This document shows, one piece after another, positions 53,332-63,844 of a DNA stretch of 64,000 nucleotides; the stretch's first letter is position 1, and the number at the start of each line of letters is the position of its first letter. The position numbers and the translations under genes are program-made. The notes under the pieces were generated by a model. That model worked only from the letters and a program-made list of their open reading frames with translations, was not told where the DNA came from and ran no database searches. The DNA comes from an uncultured Candidatus Rokubacteria bacterium (lineage in GTDB: Bacteria > Methylomirabilota > Methylomirabilia > Rokubacteriales > DASRDR01). The stretch is from contig CAVPSB010000031.1 of the NCBI GenBank assembly GCA_963708025.1, positions 320,001 through 384,000 of the forward strand, written 5' to 3'.

Positions 53332-53463
53332 GCTTCGCATCGCGTCGTCCTCGGTCGTCGCCCATCCTCGGCGTATGCGGCATACGCCTCCGGTGGGCGA
53401 CTCCCTGCGTCCATTGGACGGCCTTCGGCCTGTGGGCGCTGCTCGCTCCTCGGCCCCGCCCGG
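53316..53463. repeat. family B structured repeat with module C
   Basis: GGGGCCGATGAGC..CTCGGCCCCGCC; core GGCGTATGCGGCATACGCC. Confidence 0.85.
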
Positions 53464-53539
53464 CGACCTTCACCGCGGATTGAAAGAGCCAGAAGGGCTG
53501 TTGGGCGTGCCTTCGGACGGCCTCTGAGCGTTTTTTGGC

Positions 53540-53569
53540 TTGACAGGGGCGTGAGGGGGCTCCTATTCT
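53540..53569 (+). promoter_or_regulatory. sigma-70 promoter of the aroF leader
   Basis: TTGACA-N18-TATTCT. Confidence 0.7.
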
Positions 53570-53579
53570 AACGGCCACC

Positions 53580-53657
53580 ATGGAGGCGCGCGTGGCGGGC
53601 CTGACGGGGTTCGGCTACTACTTTAGCCCCCGTCTGCCTGCCGGCCCCATGCCGTAG
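53580..53657 (+). CDS. Phe/Tyr leader peptide [25 protein letters not shown] (or from GTG 53592 after GGAGG)
   Basis: F-G-Y-Y-F codon cluster upstream of DAHP synthase, overlapping alternative stems. Confidence 0.8.
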   Translation: MEARVAGLTGFGYYFSPRLPAGPMP

Positions 53658-53674
53658 CGAACGCCGGAACAACA

Positions 53675-53721
53675 GGGGCCACGGGCGGACGGGATGTCGC
53701 CCGGTGGCCCTTTTCGTTTTT
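53675..53721 (+). terminator. attenuator terminator upstream of aroF
   Basis: GGGCCACGGGCGGAC..GTCGCCCGGTGGCCC followed by TTTTCGTTTTT. Confidence 0.85.
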
Positions 53722-53820
53722 CTGGGCCCCGTGGCGGGTCCCGTCTGGAACCGGCCCGGGAGCCAGACCATGGCTGATGACTGGGGTCAGCTGCGAGAGC
53801 TGATCAAGGAGGGAAGCGTC

Positions 53821-54837
53821 ATGATCATCGTGCTGAAGCCGGGTACTCAGGACACGGACGTCGAGGACGTGTGTCGCCGGATCGAGGGACTGGGGCTCCG
53901 GGCCCACGTGAGTCGAGGCGAGCAGCGCACCATCATCGGAGCGATCGGCGACGACCGCTTCAAGACGCGGCTTCAGGCCATCGAGGCCCTGGAGTGCGTC
54001 GAGGCCATGGTGCCGATCCTCCAGCCGTTCAAGCTGGCGAGCCGGGAGGTCCATCCGCAAGACAGCGTGATCCTGGTGGACGGCGTGAAGATCGGGGGGC
54101 CGCGCCTCACGATCATGGCCGGTCCCTGCTCGGTGGAGTCCGAGACCCAGCTCCGCGCCGTCGCCGAGGGCGTGAAGGCCGGCGGCGCTCACATCCTCCG
54201 CGGCGGCGCCTTCAAGCCTCGTACCTCGCCGTATGCCTTCCAGGGGCTGGAAGAGGAGGGCTTGAAGCTCCTGGCCGAGGCCCGCAAGCGGACCGGCCTG
54301 CCGGTCGTGACCGAGGTGCTGGAGCCCGACAAGGTGGCGGTCGTCGCCGAGTACGCGGACATTCTACAAATCGGCGCCCGGAACGTTCAGAACTTCTCGC
54401 TTCTGAAGGAGGTCGGTCAGTGCGGGAAGCCGGTCCTCCTCAAGCGCGGGATGGCCACCACCATCAAGGAATTCCTCCTCTCGGCGGAGTACATCCTCGC
54501 CGGCGGCAACCCGAACGTGGTCCTCTGCGAGCGCGGCATCCGGACGTTCGAGACGACCACCCGGTTCACCCTGGATCTCAACGCGGTGCCGGTCATCAAG
54601 AAGCTCTCGCACCTCCCGGTCGTCGTGGATCCCAGCCATGGCACCGGCCACTGGGAGTACGTGGCCCCGATGGCCAAGGCCGCGATCGCGTGCGGCGCCG
54701 ACGGCGTGATCATCGAGGTCCACGACAACCCGGCGGAGGCCCTGTCGGACGGTCCCCAGTCCCTCAAGCCCGACAAGTTCGCCCGGCTGGTGGGGGAGCT
54801 GCGGGCGCTGGCGGCGGCAGTCGGCCGAACTCTTTGA
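53821..54837 (+). CDS. aroF: DAHP synthase class I-beta with N-terminal regulatory domain
   Basis: [38 protein letters not shown]. Confidence 0.95.
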   Translation: MIIVLKPGTQDTDVEDVCRRIEGLGLRAHVSRGEQRTIIGAIGDDRFKTRLQAIEALECVEAMVPILQPFKLASREVHPQDSVILVDGVKIGGPRLTIMAGPCSVESETQLRAVAEGVKAGGAHILRGGAFKPRTSPYAFQGLEEEGLKLLAEARKRTGLPVVTEVLEPDKVAVVAEYADILQIGARNVQNFSLLKEVGQCGKPVLLKRGMATTIKEFLLSAEYILAGGNPNVVLCERGIRTFETTTRFTLDLNAVPVIKKLSHLPVVVDPSHGTGHWEYVAPMAKAAIACGADGVIIEVHDNPAEALSDGPQSLKPDKFARLVGELRALAAAVGRTL

Positions 54838-54899
54838 TTCTCCTGGGCCAACTGCATCAGGTCGGGAGGGGTCTCGACATGGCATAATGATGGGCAGTC

Positions 54900-56186
54900 A
54901 TGACCAGGCGGCGTACCCTCGTCCGGCTGTGGCGGCGGGTCCGGCGACCCAGTCTGCCGAGGCTGGTCATCGCCTCGGTGGTGCTGCACCTGGCCGCGAT
55001 GCTCCTCGCCACCTGGCTCGTTGGCTCCTCGTGGACGCCCCCGAAGGAGCCGGCGGAGCCGCTGGTCGTCGAGCTGCCGCCGGCCGAGCCCGGCGCCCCG
55101 CTCGTTCGACCGGAAACGGCGCCCGCGCGGCCCCCGAGCGCGCCGCCCGTCGTGGCCGCTCGCCCCGCCGCGCCGGCGCCGGCGCCGGCGCGGCCGGCGC
55201 CCCGCCCCGAGCCCGCGCCTGAGCCGCCGCCGACCACGGCTCCGCCGGCGCCCGAGCCGGTCCCGGCCGTGCCTCCGCCACCGGCGATGGCGCGCGCCCC
55301 CGAGCCGCTGACGCCGCCTCCCGCTCCCGCGCCGCCTCCCCCGCCGCCGGCCGCCAGGCCCGAGCCGGCTCCCGCGCCGCCGCCGTCGGTGGCGCGCGCC
55401 CCCGAGCCTGCTCCTGCGCCGCCGCCGCCGGTGCGCTCACCCGAGCCGCCCCCCGCGCTGCCCCCGCCGGTGGCGGCGCGCGCACCCGAGGGCGCACCTG
55501 CGCCGCCGCCAGCGGTGGCGCGCGCACCGGAGTCGGCTCCGATGCCGCCTGCGCCCCGGGCGCCGGCGCCGGCCCAGTCCGGTCCCGCCGTACCCGGGGT
55601 GGCGGGACTTCCGGGCTCCGCACCCGCGCCCTCGGCCGAGGGGAGCGCCCTGGCCCGGGCGCCGGGGGTGCCCGCCGCGCCTTCGGAGCCGAGGGAAAAT
55701 CCCTTCGCGGGCCGTAACTTCTCCCTGCTCCGCCCGCAGCTCGACGCCCCGCCGCCGCTTCCACGTCCACTGCCGGGCGGCGGCGGCGGCACCCGACCCG
55801 AAGGCGAGGGCGCCGGGGAGAGCGGTCGCTCCCGGGAGGGCCAGGTGGCGATCCCGCTCAACAAGCCACCTGACGAGGACCACGCGGAGTACTTCCTGAA
55901 GGTCAAGAAGGCGATCGAGGATCACTGGAGCTACCCGACCGAAGCCGCTCGGAAGGGTCAGTCGGGCCAGCTCGTGCTCGAGTTCGTGATCCACAAGGAC
56001 GGCCGGGTCCTGGTCGAGCTGGCACGCTCCTCTGGCATCGACATCCTCGACCGCTACGCCGTGAACGCCGTCAAGCTGTCGGCGCCGTTCCCGCGCCTCC
56101 CCGACCCGCTGGGCGACAGTCTCAAGATCAGCGCGAGCTTCACCTACATCCTGGACCACGGCTTCCGCGTGTTCGGCCTGAAATGA
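54900..56186 (+). CDS. TonB/TolA-family energy transducer with long Pro-rich linker
   Basis: SVVLH TM motif, repeated [35 protein letters not shown]. Confidence 0.85.
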   Translation: MTRRRTLVRLWRRVRRPSLPRLVIASVVLHLAAMLLATWLVGSSWTPPKEPAEPLVVELPPAEPGAPLVRPETAPARPPSAPPVVAARPAAPAPAPARPAPRPEPAPEPPPTTAPPAPEPVPAVPPPPAMARAPEPLTPPPAPAPPPPPPAARPEPAPAPPPSVARAPEPAPAPPPPVRSPEPPPALPPPVAARAPEGAPAPPPAVARAPESAPMPPAPRAPAPAQSGPAVPGVAGLPGSAPAPSAEGSALARAPGVPAAPSEPRENPFAGRNFSLLRPQLDAPPPLPRPLPGGGGGTRPEGEGAGESGRSREGQVAIPLNKPPDEDHAEYFLKVKKAIEDHWSYPTEAARKGQSGQLVLEFVIHKDGRVLVELARSSGIDILDRYAVNAVKLSAPFPRLPDPLGDSLKISASFTYILDHGFRVFGLK

Positions 56187-56268
56187 CCGGCGCGATCGGG
56201 GGCGGACCCCGCCCCGCGCGTCGAGGGCCGCCTCCAGCCGGTGCGACAGGCCAGCATTTTTTTGCTCC

Positions 56269-56298
56269 TTGACAGTGCGAACGGGCGGTTGGTACGCT
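56269..56298 (+). promoter_or_regulatory. sigma-70 promoter of tRNA-Val
   Basis: TTGACA-N18-TACGCT, preceded by TG. Confidence 0.65.
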
Positions 56299-56318
56299 GT
56301 TCTGCACTTTTAGCCCAC

Positions 56319-56393
56319 AGGGACGTAGCTCAGTGGGAGAGCGCCTGTCTGACGCACAGGAGGTCGGCGGTTCGAAACCGCCCGTCCCTACCA
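56319..56393 (+). tRNA. tRNA-Val (GAC)
   Basis: acceptor AGGGACG/CGTCCCT, anticodon arm CCTGT-CTGACGC-ACAGG, GGTTCGAAACC T-arm, encoded CCA. Confidence 0.97.
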
Positions 56394-56459
56394 CGCACGG
56401 CTTCTGGAGAGGGGTGCCCTGAAAGACCGCGTGAGCGACCCCGAGTAGCTGGATTGCCG

Positions 56460-56496
56460 AGCATCACGGAGGGCGTCCTTCCGTGATGCTTTTTTT
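56460..56496 (+). terminator. 14-bp hairpin plus T-tract between tRNA-Val and thrS
   Basis: AGCATCACGGAGGG-CGT-CCTTCCGTGATGCT followed by TTTTTT. Confidence 0.85.
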
Positions 56497-56520
56497 CTCT
56501 GGACACGAGACCGGGAGACG

Positions 56521-58323
56521 ATGGCGGACGAAGCGCACGCGCACATGACGGGATCCGGGGAGTTCGACTGCGAGCCGACCCCGCTGCCGACGCTCCGGCA
56601 CTCGACCGCCCACCTCATGGCCCAGGCGGTGACCCAGCTCTTCCCGGGGACCAAGCTCGCGATCGGACCCCCGATCGAGAACGGCTTCTACTACGACTTC
56701 GCCCGCTCCGAGCCGTTCACCCCGGACGATCTCGCGCGCATCGAGGCGCGCATGCACGAGCTCAGCCGAGCGGACTACGCGATCGTGCGGGAGGAGATGC
56801 GGCGGGAGGAGGCGATCCGGTTCTACGAGGCGCGGGACGAGCCGTTCAAGCTGGAGATCATCCAGACCCACACGGCCGGCGCAACCCGGGTGTCGTTCTA
56901 CCGCCAGGGCGACTTCGTGGACCTCTGCCGGGGCCCGCACGTGCCCTCGACCGGCCACATCCGGTTCTTCAAGCTCCTGTCGAGCTCCGGCGCCTACTGG
57001 CGCGGCGACGAGCGCCGGCCGATGCTCCAGCGGATCTACGGCACCGCCTGGCTCACCCAGGAGGAGCTGGACCGCCACGTCTGGCGGCTGGAGGAGATCA
57101 AGCGGCGCGACCACCGGAAGCTCGGGCGGGAGCTGGGCCTGTTCGACTTCCACGACGTCTCGCCGGGCGCGCCGTTCTGGCTCCCGAAGGGCATGATCGT
57201 CTTCCGTGAGCTGGAGCGGTACTCGCGCGAGATGCAAGACGCACGCGGCTACCAGGAGATCTCGACGCCGATCCTGGTGAACAAGAAGCTGTGGGAGCAG
57301 TCGGGCCACTGGGAGCACTACGCGGAGAACATGTTCAAGGTCGAGGCCGAGGAGCAGATCTTCAGCCTGAAGCCGATGAACTGTCCGGAATCGACCTACG
57401 TGTACCGGGCGAGCCTCCGCTCCTATCGCGACCTCCCGCTGCGCCTGGCCGAGATGGGGCGGCTCCACCGGAACGAGCGGTCGGGGACGCTGACCGGACT
57501 CTTCCGGGTCCGGCAGTTCACCCAGGACGACGCCCACATCTACTGCCGGCCGGACCAGCTCCAGACCGAGATCGCCGGGGTCCTCGAACTGGTCAAGGAG
57601 TTCTACGGGACCTTCGGGCTCGAGCCCATGTTCCGCCTGGCCACCCGGCCGGAGAAGTACCTGGGGACGGCCGAGCAGTGGGACCACGCCGAGCACGCGC
57701 TGGAGGAAGCCCTCAAGGCCAACGGTCTCTCCTATGCCGTGAAGCCCGGGGATGGGGCGTTCTACGCGCCGAAGATCGACATCCACATCGAGGACGCGCT
57801 GGGACGCGACTGGCAGATGGCGACGATCCAGGCCGATCTCACGATGGTGCCCGAGCGCTTCCAGCTCGAGTACATCGATGTCGACGGCCAGCCCAAGCGC
57901 CCGATCGCCATCCATCGCGCGATCTTCGGCTCCTTCGAGCGCTTCATCGGGATCCTGACCGAGCACTTCGCCGGGGCGTTCCCGACCTGGCTGGCGCCGG
58001 TCCAGGTGCGGGTGCTGCCGGTGTCGGCGAAGCACCAGGAATACGGGCAGCGGGTCTTCGAGCGGCTCCGCGACGCCGGCCTCCGCGTCGAGCTCGACGA
58101 CCGGTCGGAGAAGCTCGGCTACAAGATCCGGGAAGCCCAGGTCCAGAAGATCCCGTACATGCTGGTGGTGGGCGAGCGCGAGGCGCTGCAGGGAGCGGCG
58201 AGCGTGCGGAAGCGGAGCGGCGAGGATCTGGGAGCGCTCCCGGTGGAGCGCTTCCTCGCCGACGTCACGGTCGAGGTCCGGACCCGGGCCGTGGCCTCTC
58301 GGGTCGGGTCGGACGGAGGGTAA
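56521..58323 (+). CDS. thrS: threonyl-tRNA synthetase (short, no N-terminal TGS domain)
   Basis: RHSTAH, DLCRGPH, RDHRKLG, KPMNCP, RVRQFTQDDAH, HRAIFGSFERF. Confidence 0.97.
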   Translation: MADEAHAHMTGSGEFDCEPTPLPTLRHSTAHLMAQAVTQLFPGTKLAIGPPIENGFYYDFARSEPFTPDDLARIEARMHELSRADYAIVREEMRREEAIRFYEARDEPFKLEIIQTHTAGATRVSFYRQGDFVDLCRGPHVPSTGHIRFFKLLSSSGAYWRGDERRPMLQRIYGTAWLTQEELDRHVWRLEEIKRRDHRKLGRELGLFDFHDVSPGAPFWLPKGMIVFRELERYSREMQDARGYQEISTPILVNKKLWEQSGHWEHYAENMFKVEAEEQIFSLKPMNCPESTYVYRASLRSYRDLPLRLAEMGRLHRNERSGTLTGLFRVRQFTQDDAHIYCRPDQLQTEIAGVLELVKEFYGTFGLEPMFRLATRPEKYLGTAEQWDHAEHALEEALKANGLSYAVKPGDGAFYAPKIDIHIEDALGRDWQMATIQADLTMVPERFQLEYIDVDGQPKRPIAIHRAIFGSFERFIGILTEHFAGAFPTWLAPVQVRVLPVSAKHQEYGQRVFERLRDAGLRVELDDRSEKLGYKIREAQVQKIPYMLVVGEREALQGAASVRKRSGEDLGALPVERFLADVTVEVRTRAVASRVGSDGG

Positions 58324-58328
58324 GGCGC

Positions 58329-58850
58329 ATCACGACACTGAGCAAGGACCTACGGGTCAACGAGGGAATCCGGGTCCGCGAGGTGCGGGTGGTCTCGGGG
58401 GAAGGGGAACAGCTCGGTATCTTGCCGATCAGCGAGGCGCTGCGGATCGCAGCCGAGCGCGAGCTCGACCTGGTGGAGGTGGCCCCCGAGGCCGCCCCGC
58501 CGGTTTGCCGCATCATGGACTTTGGGAAGTTCAAGTACCAGCAGAGCCGTCGAGCCAAGGATGCTCGCAAGAAGCAGACGATCATCCAGGTCAAGGAAGT
58601 GAAGATGGGACCGAAGACGGACGAGCACGACTTCCAGTTCAAGGCGCGGCACGTCCGCCGGTTCCTGGAGGACGGCAACAAGGCCAAGGTGACGATCCGC
58701 TTCCGGGGGCGCGAGATGGCGCACACCGAGCTGGGCCGGAAGCTCCTGGACCGCATGTCGCACGACCTGACCGACATCGCGACCATCGAGAGCTTCCCCA
58801 AGCTCGAGGGCCGGAACCTCGTGATGATCTTGACACCCAAGGCACACTAG
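58329..58850 (+). CDS. infC: translation initiation factor IF-3 (non-canonical ATC start)
   Basis: RVNEGIRVREVRV, DLVEV, PPVCRIMDFGK, FRGRE; GGAGG RBS upstream of ATC. Confidence 0.95.
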   Translation: MTTLSKDLRVNEGIRVREVRVVSGEGEQLGILPISEALRIAAERELDLVEVAPEAAPPVCRIMDFGKFKYQQSRRAKDARKKQTIIQVKEVKMGPKTDEHDFQFKARHVRRFLEDGNKAKVTIRFRGREMAHTELGRKLLDRMSHDLTDIATIESFPKLEGRNLVMILTPKAH

Positions 58851-58862
58851 AGCGGAGAGACG

Positions 58863-59060
58863 ATGCCCAAGCAGAAGACGAAGCGGAGCGCCGCCAAGCG
58901 GGTCAGGATGACGGCGACCGGCAAGCTCGTGGCCGGCGGCGGCTGGAAGCAGCACCACCTCGAGTCGAAGTCGCCGAAGCGCAAGCGCCGGCTCCGGAAG
59001 AACTATACGCTCTCCGCCGCCGACCAGAAGCGCATGCGCCTGCTCGTGCCCTACCTGTAG
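58863..59060 (+). CDS. rpmI: 50S ribosomal protein L35
   Basis: MPKQKTKRSAAKR..KSPKRKRRL. Confidence 0.96.
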   Translation: MPKQKTKRSAAKRVRMTATGKLVAGGGWKQHHLESKSPKRKRRLRKNYTLSAADQKRMRLLVPYL

Positions 59061-59194
59061 GGCGCGTTGACCCCACACCGAGCCCCGGCACCGCGGCATC
59101 GCGGAGCCGGAGTCCCGCGGCGCGGCTCGCCCGCGTCGGGTGACGTCCGGGACGCCTCCCCCCGGGCCCAAGTGAGGCGGAGAAAGGATTCGCC

Positions 59195-59554
59195 ATGCCT
59201 CGCGCCAAAGGTGGACCGAAGACTCGCCAGCGCCGGAAGAAGGTGCTCAAGCAGGCCAAGGGCTACTGGGGCGGCCGGCGCCGTCTCTACAAGAGCGCGG
59301 TCGACACCGTCACCCGGGCTCTGGCCTTCGCCTACCGGGACCGGAAGGCCAAGAAGCGCGAGTTCCGCTCGCTGTGGATCCTCCGGATCAACGCGGGTTG
59401 TCGCGCCCTCGATCTGTCGTACTCGGTGTTCATGAACGGCCTCAAGAAGGCCGGCATCACCCTCGACCGGAAGATCCTGGCAGAGATGGCGGTGAGCGAC
59501 CCCGCCGGCTTCGCCCGCCTCGTCGAGACGGCCCGGGCCCACGCAGCCCGCTGA
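59195..59554 (+). CDS. rplT: 50S ribosomal protein L20
   Basis: [33 protein letters not shown]. Confidence 0.97.
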   Translation: MPRAKGGPKTRQRRKKVLKQAKGYWGGRRRLYKSAVDTVTRALAFAYRDRKAKKREFRSLWILRINAGCRALDLSYSVFMNGLKKAGITLDRKILAEMAVSDPAGFARLVETARAHAAR

Positions 59555-59705
59555 CACCGGCCGCCGGCGCCGGGCCCTCGGGGTCCAGGGGCCGGCGCCC
59601 CCGGCGTCCCCTCATCGAGATGCGTCCACGAAGTGGCTGGCCGCCGCCTTCGGCCGCGTCGCCGCGCGGTGAGGAGCACGCCGGCTGGGCCCGGTGGTCG
59701 CGCTC

Positions 59706-60242
59706 ATGTCGGAAGTCAGGCGCCTGATCGAGGCCGCAACGGTTGCCCGCGACCGGGTGATCCGGACGGTCGAGGCGCTCTCCCCGGCCCAGGCCACCTT
59801 CAAGCCGGCGCCGGACGAGTGGTCCATCACGGAGAACGTCGAGCACCTTGCCATCGTCGAGGTGCGCTACGCCAACCGCATCTGGGCGGCCGCCGACGGC
59901 GTGCGGGCCGGGCGGCCGATCTGGCAGGGCGAGCCCATCCACCGCGGCCGCTCGATCGAGGAGATCGCCGCTACCTGGGGCCCGCGCCCGCAAGCGCCCG
60001 AGGAAGCCCGGCCCCGCCTGGGCGGCCCCCTCGCCTTCTGGGTCGCGGCGCTTCGCAACGGGGCGGCGCTGGTCGCGGCCCTCGAAGGCGCCCTGGCCGG
60101 GCTCCACCTGGAGGCGGTGATGGTCCCCCACGCGGCCGGGCCGCTCGACGCCGGCCAGCGGCTCGGCCTCGTGCGACTCCACCTGGAGGTGCACCTCGCC
60201 CAGATCGAGGGCGTGGTGCGCACCCCCGGGTTTCCCCGGTAG
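59706..60242 (+). CDS. DinB/YfiT-like protein
   Basis: FKPAPDEWSI.ENVEHL..H..GPLD..H...HL.QI. Confidence 0.8.
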   Translation: MSEVRRLIEAATVARDRVIRTVEALSPAQATFKPAPDEWSITENVEHLAIVEVRYANRIWAAADGVRAGRPIWQGEPIHRGRSIEEIAATWGPRPQAPEEARPRLGGPLAFWVAALRNGAALVAALEGALAGLHLEAVMVPHAAGPLDAGQRLGLVRLHLEVHLAQIEGVVRTPGFPR

Positions 60243-60386
60243 GTCGAGGCCGGCGTCGGAGACCGGAGCCGCCCCGGCCTCCCGACCGCGCTCGCCTCTC
60301 ATGGTGTCGGCAACCTCGAGTGGCGCGAGCCACGAGGGGTTCAGTCGTGCTCGGGATTCCGGTAGAATGAGCCGGCGAGTCGACTG

Positions 60387-61412
60387 ATGCCGGACAAGCG
60401 AATCCGCGCGATCGTCAAGGGCGCCACCGAGGAGCTGGAGCGCGCCGCCAGTCGCCAGGACCTCGAGCAGGTCCGGGTGAAGTATCTCGGCAAGAAGGGT
60501 CTGCTCACGCAGCTCCTCCGCTCGATGCCGTCGCTGCCGCCCGCCGAGCGACCGGTGGTGGGTCGGGAAGCGAACGAGGCGAAGACGGAGATCGAGGCGG
60601 CCCTCGAGGCGCGGCTCGGCGCCGTGGAGCAGACGGAGCGGCACGCCCGGCTGGCCGCCGACCGGGTCGACCTGAGCCTGCCCGGCCGCCGGGTCGTCCC
60701 CGGCGCCCGCCACCCGCTCGCGCTCGTCCTCGACGAGATCATCGACGTCTTCGTCGGGCTCGGCTTCGCCGTCGCCGACGGACCCGAGGTCGAGTCCGAC
60801 TACTACAACTTCGAGGCGCTCAACATCCCCCGCGACCACCCCGCCCGGGACATGCAGGACACCTTCTACGTCTCCGAGGACATCCTCCTGCGCACCCATA
60901 CCTCGCCGGTGCAGATCCGGACGATGCTGCGCCAGAAGCCGCCGGTCCGCATCATCTGCCCGGGGCGCGTCTACCGGCGGGACGCCCTCGACATGACGCA
61001 CTCCCCGGTCTTCCATCAGGTGGAAGGGCTGGCGGTGGATCGCGACATCTCGATGGCCGACCTCCGGGGAACGCTCGAGCTGTTCGCCCGCGAGCTGTTC
61101 GGCCCGGGCAGCCGGATCCGGTTCCGCCCGTCCTTCTTTCCGTTCACCGAGCCGTCGGCGGAGGTGGACGTGCTCTGCTTCGCGTGCAAGGGGTCGGGCT
61201 GTCGGCTCTGCAAGGGGTCGGGCTGGCTCGAGATCCTCGGCTCCGGCATGGTCCACCCCCAGGTTTTGAAGATCGTCGGTTACGACCCGGAGGAGGTCAC
61301 CGGCTGGGCCTTCGGGATGGGCGTCGAGCGCATCGCCATGCTCCGCTACGGGATCGACGACATCCGGCTCTTCTACGAGAACGACCTCCGCTTCCTCGGG
61401 CAGTTCGCATGA
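60387..61412 (+). CDS. pheS: phenylalanyl-tRNA synthetase alpha subunit
   Basis: [37 protein letters not shown]. Confidence 0.98.
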   Translation: MPDKRIRAIVKGATEELERAASRQDLEQVRVKYLGKKGLLTQLLRSMPSLPPAERPVVGREANEAKTEIEAALEARLGAVEQTERHARLAADRVDLSLPGRRVVPGARHPLALVLDEIIDVFVGLGFAVADGPEVESDYYNFEALNIPRDHPARDMQDTFYVSEDILLRTHTSPVQIRTMLRQKPPVRIICPGRVYRRDALDMTHSPVFHQVEGLAVDRDISMADLRGTLELFARELFGPGSRIRFRPSFFPFTEPSAEVDVLCFACKGSGCRLCKGSGWLEILGSGMVHPQVLKIVGYDPEEVTGWAFGMGVERIAMLRYGIDDIRLFYENDLRFLGQFA

Positions 61413-63844
61413 AGATCCCGTACCGGTGGCTGCGCGAGCTGGTCGAGACCGACGCCACGCCGGAGCGGGCCGCCGAGCGGCTCACCATGGCCGGCATCGA
61501 GGTGGCGGGGGTGACACCGGTGGTGACCGGGCTGACCGGCGTGGTCGTCGGCGAGATCGCCAGCATCGCACCGCATCCCGCGGGGGGACCGCTGACCGTC
61601 TGTCAGGTGTTGACCGGTCGCGAGCGCGTCGGCGTGGTCTGCGGCGCGCCGAACGTGCGGGCCGGGGCGCGGGCGGCGTTCGCGCCCCCGGGCGCGGTCC
61701 TCCCGGACGGGCGGCGGATCGAGGCCGCGACCATCAAGGGCGTGGTCTCCCACGGCATGCTCTGCTCCGAGGCCGAGCTCGGGATCGGGGACGACGCGGG
61801 GACGATCCTCCTCCTCGGCGGGGAGGTGCCCGTCGGCGCCGACCTGGTGGCTCACCTGGGGCTCGACGACGTGGTGCTGGAGGTCGAGGTCACGCCGAAC
61901 CGGCCCGACTGCCTGTCGGCCTTCGGCATCGCGCGGGAGGTGGCCGCGCTGACCCGGGGACGGCTCACGCCGCCGGCGCCCGGCGTGACGGAGCACGAGC
62001 CGGCGGCGTCGACGCTCGCCTCGGCCCGGATCGACGACGCCGACCTGTGTCCGCGCTTCTGCGCGCGCGTGATCGTCGGCGTGACCGTCGGGCCCTCGCC
62101 GGCCTGGCTGGCCCAGCGGCTGCGGGCGTCCGGGCTCCGGCCGATCAACAACGTGGTCGACGTCACCAACTACGTGATGTGGGAGCTGGGCCACCCGCTC
62201 CACGCCTTCGACCACGCGCTCCTGAAGGACCACCGCATCGTCGTCCGCCGCGCCCGGGCCGGCGAGGTCCTGGTGACCCTCGACGGCCAGACGCGCACCC
62301 TGAATGACGGGATGCTGGTCATCGCCGACGCCGAGCGGGCGGTCAGCGTGGCCGGCGTCATGGGCGGCGCCGGCACCGAGGTCGGCCCCGCGACCCGGAC
62401 CATCCTCCTGGAGGCCGCTTACTTCAAGCCCGGCTCGATCCGCCGGACCGCGCGCGCGCTCGGGCTCTCGACCGAGGCCTCGTACCGCTTCGAGCGGGGC
62501 GCCGACATCGAGGGGCCGCCGCCGGCCCTGGACCGGGCGGCCCGGCTCATCGCCGAGCTGGCCGGCGGGCGGGTCGCTCGCGGCGTCCTCGACGTCTACC
62601 CGGCGCCACGGGCGCGCCGGGAGGTGAGGCTCCGCCTCGCGCGGATCCAGCGCGTCCTCGGCGCCTGCCCCCCGAAGCCGCAGGTGGGCGAGATCCTCGA
62701 CCGCCTCGGCTTCCCGGCCGAGGAGCAGGACGGCGGGTTCGCCGTCGTCGTCCCGTCGTTCCGGCGGGACGTGAGCCTCGAGGAGGACCTGGTCGAGGAG
62801 GTCGCCCGCGTGTGGGGCTACGCCGAGATCCCCTCCACGCTGCCGTCGGGGACCCTGACGCTGACGCGCCGGCCGCGGAGCGTGGTCGTGCCCGAGGCGG
62901 TCCGCCGGACCCTGACCGCCGCCGGCCTCGACGAGGCCATCAACATCTCGCTCCTGGACCCCGAGCGGCTCCACCACCTCGGCTGGGCCCCCGGCGATGC
63001 CCGGGTCGTGTCGCTCCAGAATCCGCTCGCCGCCGACCGATCGATCATGCGACCGACGCTCCTCTTCGGACTCCTGGACTCGGTGGCGACGAACGTGCGC
63101 CGTCAGAATCCGCACGTGTGTCTCTTCGAGATCGGCCGCGTCTACGAGGCGCAGGGGCCGGGGAAGCTGCCCCTGGAGGACAACCGGGTGGGCGTCGTGC
63201 TCACGGGACTCCGCGGGCCGTGGACGTGGCATTCGGGCAAGGCGCGGGTCGACGTCTTCGACGCGAAGGGCGCGGTGGAAGCCGTCGTCGAGGCACTCGG
63301 CCGGGGCGCGGTCACGGTCGAGGCGCTGGAGCCGGGGAGCGCCCCGTACCTCGAAGAGGGCCGAGGGGCGACGGTCGTCGCGCAAGGGGTGCCGGTCGGC
63401 GTCTTCGGCGAGCTCCACCCGTCGGTGCAGCGAGCCTTCGAGCTCCCGGCCCCGGTGTTCTTCGCCGAGCTGTCCCTGGACCGGCTCGACTCGCTCGAGC
63501 CGCGCCGCACCCTGATCGAGCCGATCCCGCGCTTCCCGGCCATCGAGCGGGACGTGGCGCTCGTGGTGCCCGCGGTCGTCTCCGCGGCCGACGTGGACAG
63601 CGCGTTCGAGACGATCAAGTCGTCGGTCCCTCTGCTCAAGCAGTTTCACCTGTTCGACCTTTACACCGGGGAGCAGGTGGGGGTCGGCCGCAAGAGCCTC
63701 GCCTACTCGCTCCTCTACCAGGCCGAGGACCGGACCCTGACCGACCAGGAGGTCAACACGGTGCACCGGGAGGTCGTGGAGCAGCTCCGGCAGAGCCTGG
63801 GCGCCGAGGTGCGCGGCGCCGGGGGCGGGGAGGTCGGATCGTGA
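61409..63844 (+). CDS. pheT: phenylalanyl-tRNA synthetase beta subunit
   Basis: VCGAPN, TPNRPD, INNVVD.TNY, RFERG, FP.IERD.A, FDLY.G..KSLA. Confidence 0.98.
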   Translation: MKIPYRWLRELVETDATPERAAERLTMAGIEVAGVTPVVTGLTGVVVGEIASIAPHPAGGPLTVCQVLTGRERVGVVCGAPNVRAGARAAFAPPGAVLPDGRRIEAATIKGVVSHGMLCSEAELGIGDDAGTILLLGGEVPVGADLVAHLGLDDVVLEVEVTPNRPDCLSAFGIAREVAALTRGRLTPPAPGVTEHEPAASTLASARIDDADLCPRFCARVIVGVTVGPSPAWLAQRLRASGLRPINNVVDVTNYVMWELGHPLHAFDHALLKDHRIVVRRARAGEVLVTLDGQTRTLNDGMLVIADAERAVSVAGVMGGAGTEVGPATRTILLEAAYFKPGSIRRTARALGLSTEASYRFERGADIEGPPPALDRAARLIAELAGGRVARGVLDVYPAPRARREVRLRLARIQRVLGACPPKPQVGEILDRLGFPAEEQDGGFAVVVPSFRRDVSLEEDLVEEVARVWGYAEIPSTLPSGTLTLTRRPRSVVVPEAVRRTLTAAGLDEAINISLLDPERLHHLGWAPGDARVVSLQNPLAADRSIMRPTLLFGLLDSVATNVRRQNPHVCLFEIGRVYEAQGPGKLPLEDNRVGVVLTGLRGPWTWHSGKARVDVFDAKGAVEAVVEALGRGAVTVEALEPGSAPYLEEGRGATVVAQGVPVGVFGELHPSVQRAFELPAPVFFAELSLDRLDSLEPRRTLIEPIPRFPAIERDVALVVPAVVSAADVDSAFETIKSSVPLLKQFHLFDLYTGEQVGVGRKSLAYSLLYQAEDRTLTDQEVNTVHREVVEQLRQSLGAEVRGAGGGEVGS

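Noticed and set aside
56319-56460. Integrated element at tRNA-Val
   Set aside because: No integrase and no duplicated tRNA 3' end seen; housekeeping genes on both sides.
56394-56520. T-box upstream of thrS
   Set aside because: No TGGNACC T-box bulge sequence and no room for stem I after the tRNA.
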